DNA from: Gemmatimonadaceae bacterium
Lineage (GTDB): Bacteria; Gemmatimonadota; Gemmatimonadetes; Gemmatimonadales; Gemmatimonadaceae
NCBI GenBank assembly: GCA_044224875.1
Contig: JBGAJQ010000014.1
Location: forward strand, 27,350-91,349
Length of the DNA stretch: 64,000 nt
Direction: 5' to 3'
The stretch's first letter is position 1. Every line of letters begins with the position of its first letter. A model generated the notes under the pieces. That model worked only from the letters and a program-made list of their open reading frames with translations. It did not search any database and had not been told where the DNA came from. Both the position numbers and the translations under genes were made by a program. Positions 38,145 to 48,642 of this stretch are shown one piece after another.

Positions 38145-39938
38145 CTAGAAGGCGTCTTCTTGGAATGCCATCACGTTGCTCGCGCCCGACGTCAGTGCGC
38201 GAAACAGCGACTCGGTCTGCGGCAACAGGCGCTGCATGTAGAAACGCGCTGTGTGCATCTTCGCCTGGTAGAACGAAGGCGTGAACGCGCCACCGACCGC
38301 AAGGCGGTCCGACGCGATGCGGGCCTGTCGAAGCCACATGTGACCAACGGCCACGTAGCCGAACAGCGATAAGAGGTCGGACGCACCGGCGCCGGCCTCA
38401 TCCGCGTTTCTCGCAGCGGTCGTCGTCAGGTGCAATATTGCCTGTCGTAGCCGATCGATCGCTTCGCTGAACGGGCACACCAGGTCGTCGAGATTCTTGT
38501 CCGCCTGTGCAAGGCGCAGCTCTTCCTGCACTGCGGTCACGTAGCGGTTGAACAGCCGGCCGCCGCCTTCCGGAAGCTTTCGACCCACGAGGTCCATCGC
38601 CTGAACGTAGTTGGTCCCTTCGTAGATCTGCCCAATGCGCGCATCGCGGACGAATTGCTCCATGCCGAACTCTCGGACGTAACCGTGACCACCCAGCGTT
38701 TGGAGCCCCAGATTGGTCGCGGCGAAGGCACTGTCGGTGAAGAAGCCCTTGATTACTGGCGTCATGAGGGCCACGAGATCGGCCGCCACCTCGCGCTCGG
38801 CGGGGTCCGGATGTTTGAGCTCCTCGTCGATACGCATGGCCGTCCATGCGGCCAGTGCGCGTGCGCCTTCGATGAATGCGCGCATGGAAAGCAGGCCGCG
38901 CCGGACCTCTGCGTGGTGTACGAGCCGGTCGGCCACGGCATCCGGATCCTTCACGCCGGAAAGTGAGCGACCCTGGCGGCGCTCACGTGCATACGCGACC
39001 GCATTGACGTAACTCGCTTGCGAAAGGCCGAGGCCCTGAAGTCCGACACCCAGACGCGCGGCGTTCATAAGGGTGAACATGGCGCGCAGGCCCTTGTGAG
39101 GTTCGCCGACCAGCCAACCGACCGCGTCCTCGAAATTCAGCACGCAGGTTGCCGACCCTTTAATGCCCATCTTGTGCTCGATGGATCCGCAGCGCACCCC
39201 ATTGCGGCTGCCTAATGTTCCGTCCGCATTTGGAATGACCTTTGGCACGAGGAACATGCTGATGCCGCGCGTGCCCGGCGGTGCGTCCGGGAGGCGGGCC
39301 AGCACCAAGTGCACAATATTCTCCGTCAGGTCGTGCTCACCGGCGGAGATGAAGATCTTGGTGCCATTCACGCGGAACGTACCGTCGTCCAGTGGCGCGG
39401 CAGTCGTGCGAATGATGCTAAGGTCCGTACCCGCGTGCGCTTCGGTGAGGCACATGGTGCCGCTCCACACTCCGGTGGCGAGCTTGGGGAGGTAGAGCGC
39501 GTTCAGCTCACTCGTCGCGTGTACGTGCAGACCTTCGTACACGCCTAACGAGAGCCCCGGATACATCGCAAAGGAGAGGTTTGCCCCGTACACCATCTCG
39601 TCCACGGCAAACCGGAGAGTTAGGGGGAGCCCTTGTCCGCCGTGTTCTGCTTCACAGGATAGCCCGAGCCAACCAGACTCGGCGAACTGCCGATGCGCAT
39701 CCGGAAACCCATCCGGGGTCGTGACGGTCCCATCGTTCCATCGGCAGCCCTGCAAGTCGCCGGGCTGGTTGAGCGGAGCCAGCACTTCTTCACAGAACTT
39801 TCCGGCCTCCTCGAGTGCCGCGAACAGGAGGTCGAGATCGGCCTCCTCATAGCCGGGATACGACGTGAGCACCCTCGCGTCGAAGACCTCGCCCAAGAGG
39901 AAGCGATAGTCGGTAATCGGAGCTTTGTAGAACGGCAT
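38145..39938 (-). CDS. Acyl-CoA dehydrogenase (about 600-aa subfamily)
   Basis: GTMCLTEAHAGTDL, NGTKIFIS, EHKMGIKGS, GGHGY and IYEGTN motifs. Confidence 0.95.
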   Translation of the reverse strand: MPFYKAPITDYRFLLGEVFDARVLTSYPGYEEADLDLLFAALEEAGKFCEEVLAPLNQPGDLQGCRWNDGTVTTPDGFPDAHRQFAESGWLGLSCEAEHGGQGLPLTLRFAVDEMVYGANLSFAMYPGLSLGVYEGLHVHATSELNALYLPKLATGVWSGTMCLTEAHAGTDLSIIRTTAAPLDDGTFRVNGTKIFISAGEHDLTENIVHLVLARLPDAPPGTRGISMFLVPKVIPNADGTLGSRNGVRCGSIEHKMGIKGSATCVLNFEDAVGWLVGEPHKGLRAMFTLMNAARLGVGLQGLGLSQASYVNAVAYARERRQGRSLSGVKDPDAVADRLVHHAEVRRGLLSMRAFIEGARALAAWTAMRIDEELKHPDPAEREVAADLVALMTPVIKGFFTDSAFAATNLGLQTLGGHGYVREFGMEQFVRDARIGQIYEGTNYVQAMDLVGRKLPEGGGRLFNRYVTAVQEELRLAQADKNLDDLVCPFSEAIDRLRQAILHLTTTAARNADEAGAGASDLLSLFGYVAVGHMWLRQARIASDRLAVGGAFTPSFYQAKMHTARFYMQRLLPQTESLFRALTSGASNVMAFQEDAF

Positions 39939-40061
39939 GGCGGAAGTGCCTGAAACGAGGAAGATGATCTGCAGAGCCTGTCGCAGTAACCGGCTGTAAC
40001 GAATAATACCAATGACTCTTCAGTCTGCGGCCGGAGAAACTCGGACCTCCGGTAATCTCGA

Positions 40062-41780
40062 GTGACGATTTTCATGCAACAGACGACTGGCAATTCCACC
40101 CGTGCCGTAGCAGCCAGCATAGTGCTCGGGCTGGCGATTGTGCTGTTTGGGGGGTGTTCGCCTTCTATCATGGCGGGCGCTCCGCGGGCCGCAACGATTG
40201 GTGAACGCTTCGCGCGGCTTGAACAGCGGTACGCGGATGCGCGAGATCTCTATGCGCAGATTCGCGTTACCGAGGCACGGGGCGCCGACCGATCGACACG
40301 TGGCAGCGCGCTGACGGAGCTGAAGCGCACGTTTGAGGTGCAACGAGCCGCCTTGCTGGAGGCCTTGAATGCCGTAGACAGTGCGGCGTTGGGCGCTGCG
40401 GATGCGAGTGCGTTGCGTATCATGCGTTCGTCCTTGCACGCCGACGACGCGGTGGCGTCCACCTCATCGCCCCGCGACAGCAGCTGTGTGTACTACGCGC
40501 CATCGGTGGCTGCCGGCGCGGGAAAGGACGCGCGCGAAGTGCTGGGTGCGCGAGTCTATGCCTGCTACGGTCGTGCGGCGCGTCGCGTGGTGGTCGGAAG
40601 CGACACCGTCGATCGGCTCACGGTCCTTGGCCGGTTGGGGACCATGGATGACTCGGCGGCGCGTCACCGGGCGTTTCTGTCCCTGGCCCCGTTGTGGCAC
40701 GCCATGAACGGTGACGATGCACCAACGAGCCCGTACCGCACCTTGATCGCGCTGAGCGCGGAGGAGTGGCGAGAGCGCGGGTCGTATATATCGCGTCAGG
40801 CATCCAGCCTCGACCTCGATCCTCGTCAGGTCGAAGGCATGCTGGTGAATGTCCTCGCCATGTGGAGGGATCACACACCTTCGACGGCGATCGAGCCGTG
40901 GAATTGGTGGTTCGACAATGGGGCCTTCAGCCGCCGACTGTCTGGGCGTGTGAACAAGGACGAATTGCGTGTTGTGAACGACCGGTTCTATACCGATCTC
41001 GGTGCGGATCCGGTTCGTCTTGGCGTGCACTTTGACCTGGAGCCACGCGACGGAAAGACGCCGGTAGCGTTCACGGACTTTGGCACGCATCCGCGGGTGA
41101 ACGAACGCGCGTGGGAACCCGCCGAGCCATGGATCTTTGCAACGTATCGTGTGGGAGGAGTCGACAATCTTGGCGAACTACTGCACGAGATGGGTCACGC
41201 GATCCACATAGCGGCGATCGAAACGCGCCCGGCGTTCGCGGACTGGCCAGATTCCGATCCATTCACTGAGGCGTTAGGCGATCTGGTGGCACTGGACCTG
41301 ACCGAGCCCGAGTGGCAGCGAAAGTACCTCGGAGACTCGGCGACCACGGCAGCTTCGATGCGCGCGCGCTACAGCGGCATTGTGATGGACGTGGCATGGG
41401 CATTGTTTGAGCTGCGCATGCACAATGACCCCTCGCAGGACCCCAACGCGCTGTGGGCCACGATCACGAGCAGTTACCTACACATCGCGCCACATCCTGA
41501 GTGGTCGTGGTGGGCGATGCGAGGTCAGCTCGTAGACCTGCCGGGTTATATGATGAACTACGCACTCGGCGCGGTGATCACGGCGGACCTGCGGGCGAAG
41601 GTGACATCGGTGCGCGGCCCCTTCTACCGTGGTGACAAGAAGACCTATGGCTGGCTCGCCGATCGCCTGTACCGGTGGGGCTTGGAGCGAGAGACGCGAG
41701 ATGTGCTGCGGTCGTTTCTTGGCCGAGCCGTCACCGCCGACGCGCTCCTGCGAGACATGCGTCGCCTGGGGTCTCCGTAG
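40062..41780 (+). CDS. Gluzincin metallopeptidase lipoprotein (M2/M3-like)
   Basis: HEMGH plus downstream FTEALGD; YMMNYALG; lipobox-like LFGGC; likely ATG at 40074. Confidence 0.7.
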   Translation: MTIFMQQTTGNSTRAVAASIVLGLAIVLFGGCSPSIMAGAPRAATIGERFARLEQRYADARDLYAQIRVTEARGADRSTRGSALTELKRTFEVQRAALLEALNAVDSAALGAADASALRIMRSSLHADDAVASTSSPRDSSCVYYAPSVAAGAGKDAREVLGARVYACYGRAARRVVVGSDTVDRLTVLGRLGTMDDSAARHRAFLSLAPLWHAMNGDDAPTSPYRTLIALSAEEWRERGSYISRQASSLDLDPRQVEGMLVNVLAMWRDHTPSTAIEPWNWWFDNGAFSRRLSGRVNKDELRVVNDRFYTDLGADPVRLGVHFDLEPRDGKTPVAFTDFGTHPRVNERAWEPAEPWIFATYRVGGVDNLGELLHEMGHAIHIAAIETRPAFADWPDSDPFTEALGDLVALDLTEPEWQRKYLGDSATTAASMRARYSGIVMDVAWALFELRMHNDPSQDPNALWATITSSYLHIAPHPEWSWWAMRGQLVDLPGYMMNYALGAVITADLRAKVTSVRGPFYRGDKKTYGWLADRLYRWGLERETRDVLRSFLGRAVTADALLRDMRRLGSP

Positions 41781-41805
41781 GAGCGCATCGCGTGACGTGC
41801 TTTGG

Positions 41806-42864
41806 TTAGATCATGGAGCGTTGGCCGCGTTCCACGTCGAGCAGGATTTGCTTGCGCCAGAGTCCACCGCCGTATCCTCCGAGCTGTCCGCTCTTGTTCA
41901 CGACCCGATGGCAGGGGATGACGATGGCGATTCGATTGAGCCCGTTCGTCGTTCCCACGGCTCGCACGGCCTTGGGGTCCCCCACGGCCTTGGCGATGTC
42001 TTCATAGGACCGCGTTTCGCCGTACGGGATACGTAAGAGTTCATTCCACACCCGCACCTGGAAGTCCGTCCCGGGATACACGAGTGGCAGCTCAAACACC
42101 TTGAGTTCGCCGGCGAAGTAGGCGCGCAATTGGGCGCGAAGTGCGTCTAAATGGGGGTGTGCCGCCGGGACGATCGCATCGCCGACACGGCCGCGCAGTG
42201 TGGCGATCTGCGCGTCCAGCGCATGGCGATCGCTGAACTCGAGGAGGCACACGCCGGCATCTACGGCTCCGGCAATGAGCGGTCCGACAGGGCTCTCCAT
42301 CCAGGCTACCGCGATCTTGTCGCCATCCCGGACACTACCCGGTGCGCGCTTCAGCAGTTTTCCGAACGCCTCGCGAAAGCCACTATGCGAGACGTATCCG
42401 TGGTCGAGCATCACGTTGTCCAATTTCTCTCCTCGTTTGATGCGGTCGAAGGCGACTCCAAGTCGTACCCCTCGAGCGAACGCATGAAAGGTCATTCCAT
42501 AGTTTGCGTGAAACCACCGTCGTACCGTCGCCGGCGCCAATCCCATGGCGCGCAGGGCTTGATCAGTGACCCGTTCCTGTGGGGTGCGTTGCACATGATC
42601 GATGAGGCGCCGAACCCAGGGCGGCGGTCCCTCATGCAACTCGAGGGGGCGACAACGCTTGCAGGCGCGGTATCCGGCGAATAGCGCGTCCTTCGCCGTT
42701 GGGAAGTACTCGATGTTCTGGGGCAGGGCGCTGCGTGATGTGCACGACGGGCGACAAAAGACACCCGTGGTTCTCACACCAAGGTAGAACACGCCGTCGT
42801 ACGAGCTATCGCGATGACGGCGGGCGCGGTCCATCTCGGAAAGGGAGGGAAGGACTGCAGTCAT
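41806..42864 (-). CDS. ada: Bifunctional Ada regulator / O6-methylguanine-DNA methyltransferase
   Basis: Zn site FCRPSC...ACKRC, AraC-like HTH, GTDFQVRVW and active site PCHRV. Confidence 0.93.
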   Translation of the reverse strand: MTAVLPSLSEMDRARRHRDSSYDGVFYLGVRTTGVFCRPSCTSRSALPQNIEYFPTAKDALFAGYRACKRCRPLELHEGPPPWVRRLIDHVQRTPQERVTDQALRAMGLAPATVRRWFHANYGMTFHAFARGVRLGVAFDRIKRGEKLDNVMLDHGYVSHSGFREAFGKLLKRAPGSVRDGDKIAVAWMESPVGPLIAGAVDAGVCLLEFSDRHALDAQIATLRGRVGDAIVPAAHPHLDALRAQLRAYFAGELKVFELPLVYPGTDFQVRVWNELLRIPYGETRSYEDIAKAVGDPKAVRAVGTTNGLNRIAIVIPCHRVVNKSGQLGGYGGGLWRKQILLDVERGQRSMI

Positions 42865-42929
42865 GGAATGCACGCTAGCTCGATGGGCTCAGCGCCGCCA
42901 CCGAAAAATTGACAACTATTCCGTGCCCG

Positions 42930-43835
42930 TTAGCGGACGCGCACACTCCCTGTGCCTGCCGCAGGAAAACGGGTGAAAATCGCCGGGTCATGACCCGGTA
43001 CGATTCGATCCAGACTGCCGGCAGTGGTCAACATGGCCGCTTGGGCGCGAAGGTTGGCCTCGGCGTCCAGGGTTTGAGCGATTGGCACGTGCTGCTCGAA
43101 GTTCTCGAACAGGTAGGCGTTGTCGGAGGCGAGCACGACGGGACCCGTGGCGGTGGTGATAGACATCCACTGCGATGCGTAGGTGTGCTTGCCACCGGTA
43201 AAGACGCGAATGCCCGGAAAGATCTCCGCGTTGGTGCTGTCGATGAGTTGGACGCGACCTTCGCGCATGGCCGCGCGCAGGACACTTGCGACGTCCTTGT
43301 CTATGGCTGGCCGGAGCGCCTCGCCGCTTGGACCAACGTAGTACTCGAACTCGTCGCGCTGTAGCCAGATGCGGGCGCGCGGGAAGCGGTCGACTCCGTC
43401 CGCGTGATCCCAGTGAATGTGGGAGAGGATAATATCGCTCACCGTGACCGGGTCGATGCCGCTGCGCCGGAGTGCCTCGTCGGGTGCAACAAAGTCCGGA
43501 ACCTTCCATTGATCGACGAACTTCTGCCGATGAAACCCGGCATCGAACAGTATGGTGCGCGCGTTGCCATCGCGGATGGCCCACACCATCACCGGAACAT
43601 CAAGGCGACGCGCCGTGTCGGCGCCGGCAATCAACCCGCGCACGCGAAACTGGGGCAATGTCGCAAACCGCACGGCAAAGACGTGATAGTCGCGGGCGAC
43701 TGGTGCGGAGGCTCCCGGTGCGTGCGTGCAAGCGGTCGTTATCGCGGCAAGCGCCACCACGCGCGACCACCATGCCGACCATGGCGTGGAGCGATTGCGA
43801 GACTCGGTGGCTGGCGGCGTGCGAGCAACCCACAT
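42930..43835 (-). CDS. Metallo-beta-lactamase-fold hydrolase, N-acyl homoserine lactonase family
   Basis: LFDAG, SHIHWDH (HxHxDH), GKHT, LASD and VPGHD motifs; possible lipobox ITTAC. Confidence 0.85.
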   Translation of the reverse strand: MWVARTPPATESRNRSTPWSAWWSRVVALAAITTACTHAPGASAPVARDYHVFAVRFATLPQFRVRGLIAGADTARRLDVPVMVWAIRDGNARTILFDAGFHRQKFVDQWKVPDFVAPDEALRRSGIDPVTVSDIILSHIHWDHADGVDRFPRARIWLQRDEFEYYVGPSGEALRPAIDKDVASVLRAAMREGRVQLIDSTNAEIFPGIRVFTGGKHTYASQWMSITTATGPVVLASDNAYLFENFEQHVPIAQTLDAEANLRAQAAMLTTAGSLDRIVPGHDPAIFTRFPAAGTGSVRVR

Positions 43836-43844
43836 GTAAACCTC

Positions 43845-46487
43845 CTACATCGATGGTCCCAGCAGGACTGCGTTCGCAAACAACGGCAGCAGTCCGCGGA
43901 AAAGATCCCGGAAGTTCGGATCATGCGCGAAGGCGATCACTCGTCCGCCGCCCACACGTTCAGTCCACAGGTAAGGTGAGAGCGCGAGCCTGGCGGACAC
44001 CTCGGGCCAGAAGTAGCCCGAAAGACGAAGGCGACTCTCCGCTGCGAATCGCACCACGGCCTCACCAGCGCGCAGGTCTTTGGGCACGCTGAAGACGACG
44101 TCTGAATTGACAAAGACGGGAATCTCCGCGGCGCTCACGCCGGCAAGGAGCGGCGACAGCGTATCACCGCTGGCGCGGGCAATGGACCCTGGGACGCGCG
44201 CGGGCAATGGAGCACCGCCTGCACTATCCGCTCGCACCGAGTCGCGACGTACGCGGAAGCGCGTCAGCCCCACGCGTTCACCGGCAACCCACGCGCTCGC
44301 ACCATCGATCGTCACGAGCACACCGCCGGCGCGCACCCAATCTGCAAGTCGCTTGGCTCCCGACTCGCCTAACGCGCGGTCGAGTTGCGCACCCGGTGCC
44401 GACGGGACCACGACAACGTTGAAGCGATCCAACGCGCCATTGGACACGAATCCAGCATCAATCAACGTTACCGGGAAGCCGATGCGCTGATCGAGCGCGT
44501 ACCAGGCGAAACCAAAGGACCCGCCGTTCACGGGTGCGCCGCCCAACAGTGCGACGCTTGGAGGGCGAACCGGAACGACGGAATTGCTCCCGAGGTCCGT
44601 GCCGCTGTCGACGCCGGCCGAGGGAATCGGTACCACGCGCGCCGAGGCAGCAGCCGCCAGCTTCATCACTCGATCGTGAACATCCGGGGTGTTGGATGCC
44701 ACGCGAACCAGAAACGCGCCGTGCGGGAACTGCGCCGCGCCGCTGGCAAAGCCGCGTGGTGCGTGCCACACGCGCACGGAATCCTTGAGAAGGGCTGCGA
44801 GCAGCCGAATCGACGCCTCGCTTCCCGGCTCGAACGCGTACGCGTATGTGGCGCGAGCGGCGGTCACCGGTGGGACGCCCGCGATCCGCACGGGTGTGAG
44901 TGCACTGGGCAGGGAACGAACAGACCAGGCCCGCAGGCGATACGCAAAGGGAAGCGACCATGCGGTGATATCGTAGAACCGATTCGGCAATCCCGTGCGC
45001 CGCATCTCGAGTTCGAATCGAACAAACGTTGAATCGAGTTCCGCATCGGGTTCCAACAGCGCCTTGGCCAGGTGGCCCTGCGGTTGCGCGTAGTCAACGA
45101 CGTACGCGCCGGCTGCAACGCGGACGGGTGCGGACGGGGCCGCGCGCGAGGAGGAGGTGGCTGGCGAAGGGGGCTCGCCGTAGGCGGTGGCGTCGCGCAG
45201 GTCGAGACTCACTGGCGCCTGCAACACGTCAATGCCGTTGCGCGCCAATAGGGAAGCAAGTGAGTCGGCGCGGCCTTGTGCATCACGCTCGATCACTGCC
45301 GCTCGCTGGGGCGCAGCGAGTCGACCGGTACTCGCTTCTTGACGTGACGCGGCGTAGTCTCGAACCAACTCTGCGCGACGTCTCCCCGACGTACGCACCG
45401 TGGTCCATTCGGCCGTGTAATGTTCCCACGCCGCCTGTCGGAGCGTACGCAAGAGGCCATCGTTGCGACGCACGGCGCCCCCTGCCGAAGACGCCGCCTC
45501 GAACAGCATGCCGATCGATCCGGTGAGCATGGGCCAACCCTCGCCATAGCCCGGATAGAACGAGTCGTAACCCTCGCGACGGAAGTACGACCAGCCATGC
45601 GCGTCGAACGCTGCGCCATGCGCCGCAGCGAAAATGTCGAACCACTTGGTAAGGTGCAGCGGGTTGTTCTTGTTGTCCGGTTCCCGCGGCGGCGCGAAGT
45701 AGAACGTGGAACTGGAGCCTTGTTCGTGCAGGTCCAACGCGACATGCGGCCACCAGGACATGAACGTGCGCACCCGACCCTGCGACTCGGGATGCGATTG
45801 GATGAACCAGTCGCGATTCAGGTCGAAGTAGTAGTGGCTGGTGCGAGGCCCCGGCCAGCTGCCGGAATTATTCATTGCACCGGGCTCGGATGACACGCCT
45901 TGGGCGCTCATGGTCCGCTCGAGGTCGTGGGTGTGCCGCTCCCTGCCATCTGGGTTCTCGTTTGGATCGATCAACACCACGACGCTGTCGAGCGCGGCCT
46001 GGGTTTCGGCGTCTGTTCCGGCCGCCAGCTGATACAACAAGGCCAACCCGGCTTCAGCGCCCGACGCTTCGCCGCCATGCACCGAGTGCGCAATCCACAC
46101 CACAGCCGGGAGTCGGCGCGTCGCGGCCTCGAGGTCTCCAGGTGACGCGCCTCGCGGATCGCCCACGTGCTGGGCGTCCGCCTGAATCTCCTTCAAACGC
46201 GACATGTTGCGTTCGCTCGTGACGGTAAGCACGAGCATTTCGCGTCCTTCGAACGTGCGCGCCACGGTATCCACCCGCACGCGCTTGGACGCAGCCGCCA
46301 CACGCTCGATGTAACGGAGCATGAGTCGATGCGGTGTGAAGCGCTCACCGATGTCATACCCGAGTACGGAACGTGGAGTGGGTACCTTGGCATCGTAGCT
46401 TGCCGCCCCCTCAGAAAAGGCATGCTGTGCGCGCACCATGGTTGGCGCGAGCAAGAATAGGACAAAGCCTCGTACAGGGAATCTCAT
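43845..46487 (-). CDS. Secreted M14-family zinc carboxypeptidase
   Basis: HSVHGGE, ENPDG, DLNRDW and DLHEQ motifs; signal peptide from ATG 46487. Confidence 0.9.
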   Translation of the reverse strand: MRFPVRGFVLFLLAPTMVRAQHAFSEGAASYDAKVPTPRSVLGYDIGERFTPHRLMLRYIERVAAASKRVRVDTVARTFEGREMLVLTVTSERNMSRLKEIQADAQHVGDPRGASPGDLEAATRRLPAVVWIAHSVHGGEASGAEAGLALLYQLAAGTDAETQAALDSVVVLIDPNENPDGRERHTHDLERTMSAQGVSSEPGAMNNSGSWPGPRTSHYYFDLNRDWFIQSHPESQGRVRTFMSWWPHVALDLHEQGSSSTFYFAPPREPDNKNNPLHLTKWFDIFAAAHGAAFDAHGWSYFRREGYDSFYPGYGEGWPMLTGSIGMLFEAASSAGGAVRRNDGLLRTLRQAAWEHYTAEWTTVRTSGRRRAELVRDYAASRQEASTGRLAAPQRAAVIERDAQGRADSLASLLARNGIDVLQAPVSLDLRDATAYGEPPSPATSSSRAAPSAPVRVAAGAYVVDYAQPQGHLAKALLEPDAELDSTFVRFELEMRRTGLPNRFYDITAWSLPFAYRLRAWSVRSLPSALTPVRIAGVPPVTAARATYAYAFEPGSEASIRLLAALLKDSVRVWHAPRGFASGAAQFPHGAFLVRVASNTPDVHDRVMKLAAAASARVVPIPSAGVDSGTDLGSNSVVPVRPPSVALLGGAPVNGGSFGFAWYALDQRIGFPVTLIDAGFVSNGALDRFNVVVVPSAPGAQLDRALGESGAKRLADWVRAGGVLVTIDGASAWVAGERVGLTRFRVRRDSVRADSAGGAPLPARVPGSIARASGDTLSPLLAGVSAAEIPVFVNSDVVFSVPKDLRAGEAVVRFAAESRLRLSGYFWPEVSARLALSPYLWTERVGGGRVIAFAHDPNFRDLFRGLLPLFANAVLLGPSM

Positions 46488-46652
46488 GACGAATGCACCA
46501 AGAATTCGTGGGCAATCAGTGGAAAGGCGGTGCCAATGTAGCCGTCGAGTGGAGACTGACCACGCGTGGCCTTGGCCGACTGGTTTCATCGCCGTGCGCG
46601 TCGTAACTTCGCCGTGGACGCTCCGACGGAACGCTCAACTCAAGGCATCCTT

Positions 46653-47102
46653 ATGTATCCGATCGTACTCGGCCTGCACAATCTCGTGCGATGGGCCGTG
46701 ATTCTCGTGGGGTTGTGGGCGACGATCAAGTTCTGGCGAGGCTGGTTCGCCAAGGCGGCGTGGGGAGCGTCCGAACGCGGTGCCGCACGGGCATTTGTCA
46801 CCGTGCTCGATGTACAGTTGTTGATTGGCGTCCTTCTGTACGCATTCTTCAGCCCACTCACGCGTCGCGCGTTCCAAGACATGAGTGCGGCGATGGGCGA
46901 TCCTCCCGTGCGGTACTTCGTGGTTGAACACGTGGCCGTGATGCTCGTGAGCATCGTTGCAGCGCACGTCGCATCTGCCCGGTTGAAAGGTGCAACGACC
47001 GACGGTCAGAAATTCCAGACGGCCGCCGTGTGGTTTGGGATCGCCCTTGCGGCTGTACTCGGGTTTGTTCCGTGGGGCCGACCGCTCCTGCCGAGTTTCT
47101 AG
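46653..47102 (+). CDS. Hypothetical four-TM membrane protein with conserved-looking His residues
   Basis: MYPIVLGLHNLVRW, QLLIGVLLY, EHVAVML and PWGRPLL segments. Confidence 0.75.
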   Translation: MYPIVLGLHNLVRWAVILVGLWATIKFWRGWFAKAAWGASERGAARAFVTVLDVQLLIGVLLYAFFSPLTRRAFQDMSAAMGDPPVRYFVVEHVAVMLVSIVAAHVASARLKGATTDGQKFQTAAVWFGIALAAVLGFVPWGRPLLPSF

Positions 47103-47191
47103 GGGGACCGGCGCGGGTTTAAGCCCGGGTTTGTCCAGCATTACCGGGTCTGATCGGCAGCTAACCGACCGCCGCACCGATACTTTTCGGT

Positions 47192-48637
47192 ATGCGCGCG
47201 CTGGTGATTCTGTGGAGGCTGGGGCCGATGGTGATCTCGTTCATTCGGGATCATCGGCGCTGGGTTGTTCGTGGCGGCCCCGTGGCGCGCAGCAGCGAGT
47301 TTCATCGTCGGCGCGCTGCGCGGTTGGTGAAGCACCTCGCCGAACTGGGACCTTCTTTCATCAAGATGGCTCAGCTGTTCGCGACGCGCGCGGACCTGTT
47401 GCCGGAAGCATACGTGGGCGCGCTCTCGACCCTCACGGACCAGGTCCCGCCTGTCTCGAATGATGCCATCCGCAAGCAGCTGATTGCGGCATATGGTCGG
47501 TCGCCGGAGTCCATGTTCGAGCGGTTCGACCCGACGCCGATTGCCGCTGCCTCGCTCGGTCAGGTGCATCGTGCGCAGTGGCAAGGCGAGGAGGTCGCGG
47601 TCAAAGTCCTGCGACCGGGTGTCGAAGCGTTGGTGCGGAAGGACATGGCGGTCGCCAAGCCGGTGATGCGCTGGCTGGAGCGCCGCTTCCCCAATTCGCA
47701 CCTGAAGAATGCCCGCAACGTGATCGAGGAGTTCTCCGATCGCATTTGGGAGGAGATGGACTTTGAGCATGAGGCGGCCAACGCCGTCGAAGTGCGTGCC
47801 AACTTCCGGGACAATCCACGTATTCAAATACCCCGCATTGTCCCGGAGCTCGTCAGGCGCCAAGTGCTGGTCATGGAATTCATGGAGGGCGTGCGGGTCG
47901 ACCGGCTGACCGCCGCTTCTGGTGAATCGACCGCGAACCCGCGCGGCGTCATTTCGTCGGTGATGGAGCTGTACCTGCAGATGATGATGGTAGACGGGCT
48001 CTTTCATGCGGACCCACATCCCGGCAACGTGCTGGCGACACCAGATGGCCGCATCGTGCTGCTCGACTTCGGTATGGTGGTGCGCGTGCCCCGTGAGCTG
48101 CGACGCAACTTGGTACAGACGATTTTTGCGGCGATCCGCAAGGACGTTCCGGGAACCGTGGCGGGGTTTCGGTCGCTCGGTGTGATCGCCCCGGAGACGA
48201 CGGACAACGAGATCATGGGGTTGGCGGAGCGATTGTTCGAGATCGCGTACAACGATCGCACCATGCGAGAGCGGATAGAGCTCCTGGCGAACGAGGTGGT
48301 GGCCACGCTCTACGACTGGCCGGTGCGCCTGCCGAGTGAGATGGTGTACTTCGCTCGGACGGCGGCGTTGATCGAAGGGCTCGGCGTGAAGTACGATCCG
48401 TACTTCAACCCGATTGCGTTTGGAGCGGTGGCGCGTGCTGGAAAGGGGTTCCTGGATGCGTTTGCGGCGGAGTGGAATGCTCCCGGAGGATTCTCCCTGG
48501 ATCGACTGGTTGGCACCGTGCGTTCTCACACCGAGCGTGAGTTGGAAGGTGTGATTGACCTGACGGAGCGGCGCCGGCTGCGTGACGGACGAACCGGTAA
48601 CGAGGTTCCGCCGCCAAAGCTCATCGCCGGCGACTGA
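47192..48637 (+). CDS. ABC1/UbiB/AarF-family atypical kinase
   Basis: LGPSFIKMAQ, PIAAASLGQVH, VAVKV, FHADPHPGN and LLDFGMV motifs. Confidence 0.95.
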   Translation: MRALVILWRLGPMVISFIRDHRRWVVRGGPVARSSEFHRRRAARLVKHLAELGPSFIKMAQLFATRADLLPEAYVGALSTLTDQVPPVSNDAIRKQLIAAYGRSPESMFERFDPTPIAAASLGQVHRAQWQGEEVAVKVLRPGVEALVRKDMAVAKPVMRWLERRFPNSHLKNARNVIEEFSDRIWEEMDFEHEAANAVEVRANFRDNPRIQIPRIVPELVRRQVLVMEFMEGVRVDRLTAASGESTANPRGVISSVMELYLQMMMVDGLFHADPHPGNVLATPDGRIVLLDFGMVVRVPRELRRNLVQTIFAAIRKDVPGTVAGFRSLGVIAPETTDNEIMGLAERLFEIAYNDRTMRERIELLANEVVATLYDWPVRLPSEMVYFARTAALIEGLGVKYDPYFNPIAFGAVARAGKGFLDAFAAEWNAPGGFSLDRLVGTVRSHTERELEGVIDLTERRRLRDGRTGNEVPPPKLIAGD

Positions 48638-48642
48638 AGAGG

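Noticed and set aside
42878..42925. Ada box upstream of ada (CCGAAAAATTGACAACTATT)
   Set aside because: AT-rich and suitably placed, but no exact match to the E. coli AAT-N6-GCAA arrangement; cannot be supported without comparative data.
47141..48529. 462-aa minus-strand ORF
   Set aside because: Antisense shadow of the ABC1 kinase; Arg/His-rich with no motifs, as is typical of GC-rich DNA.
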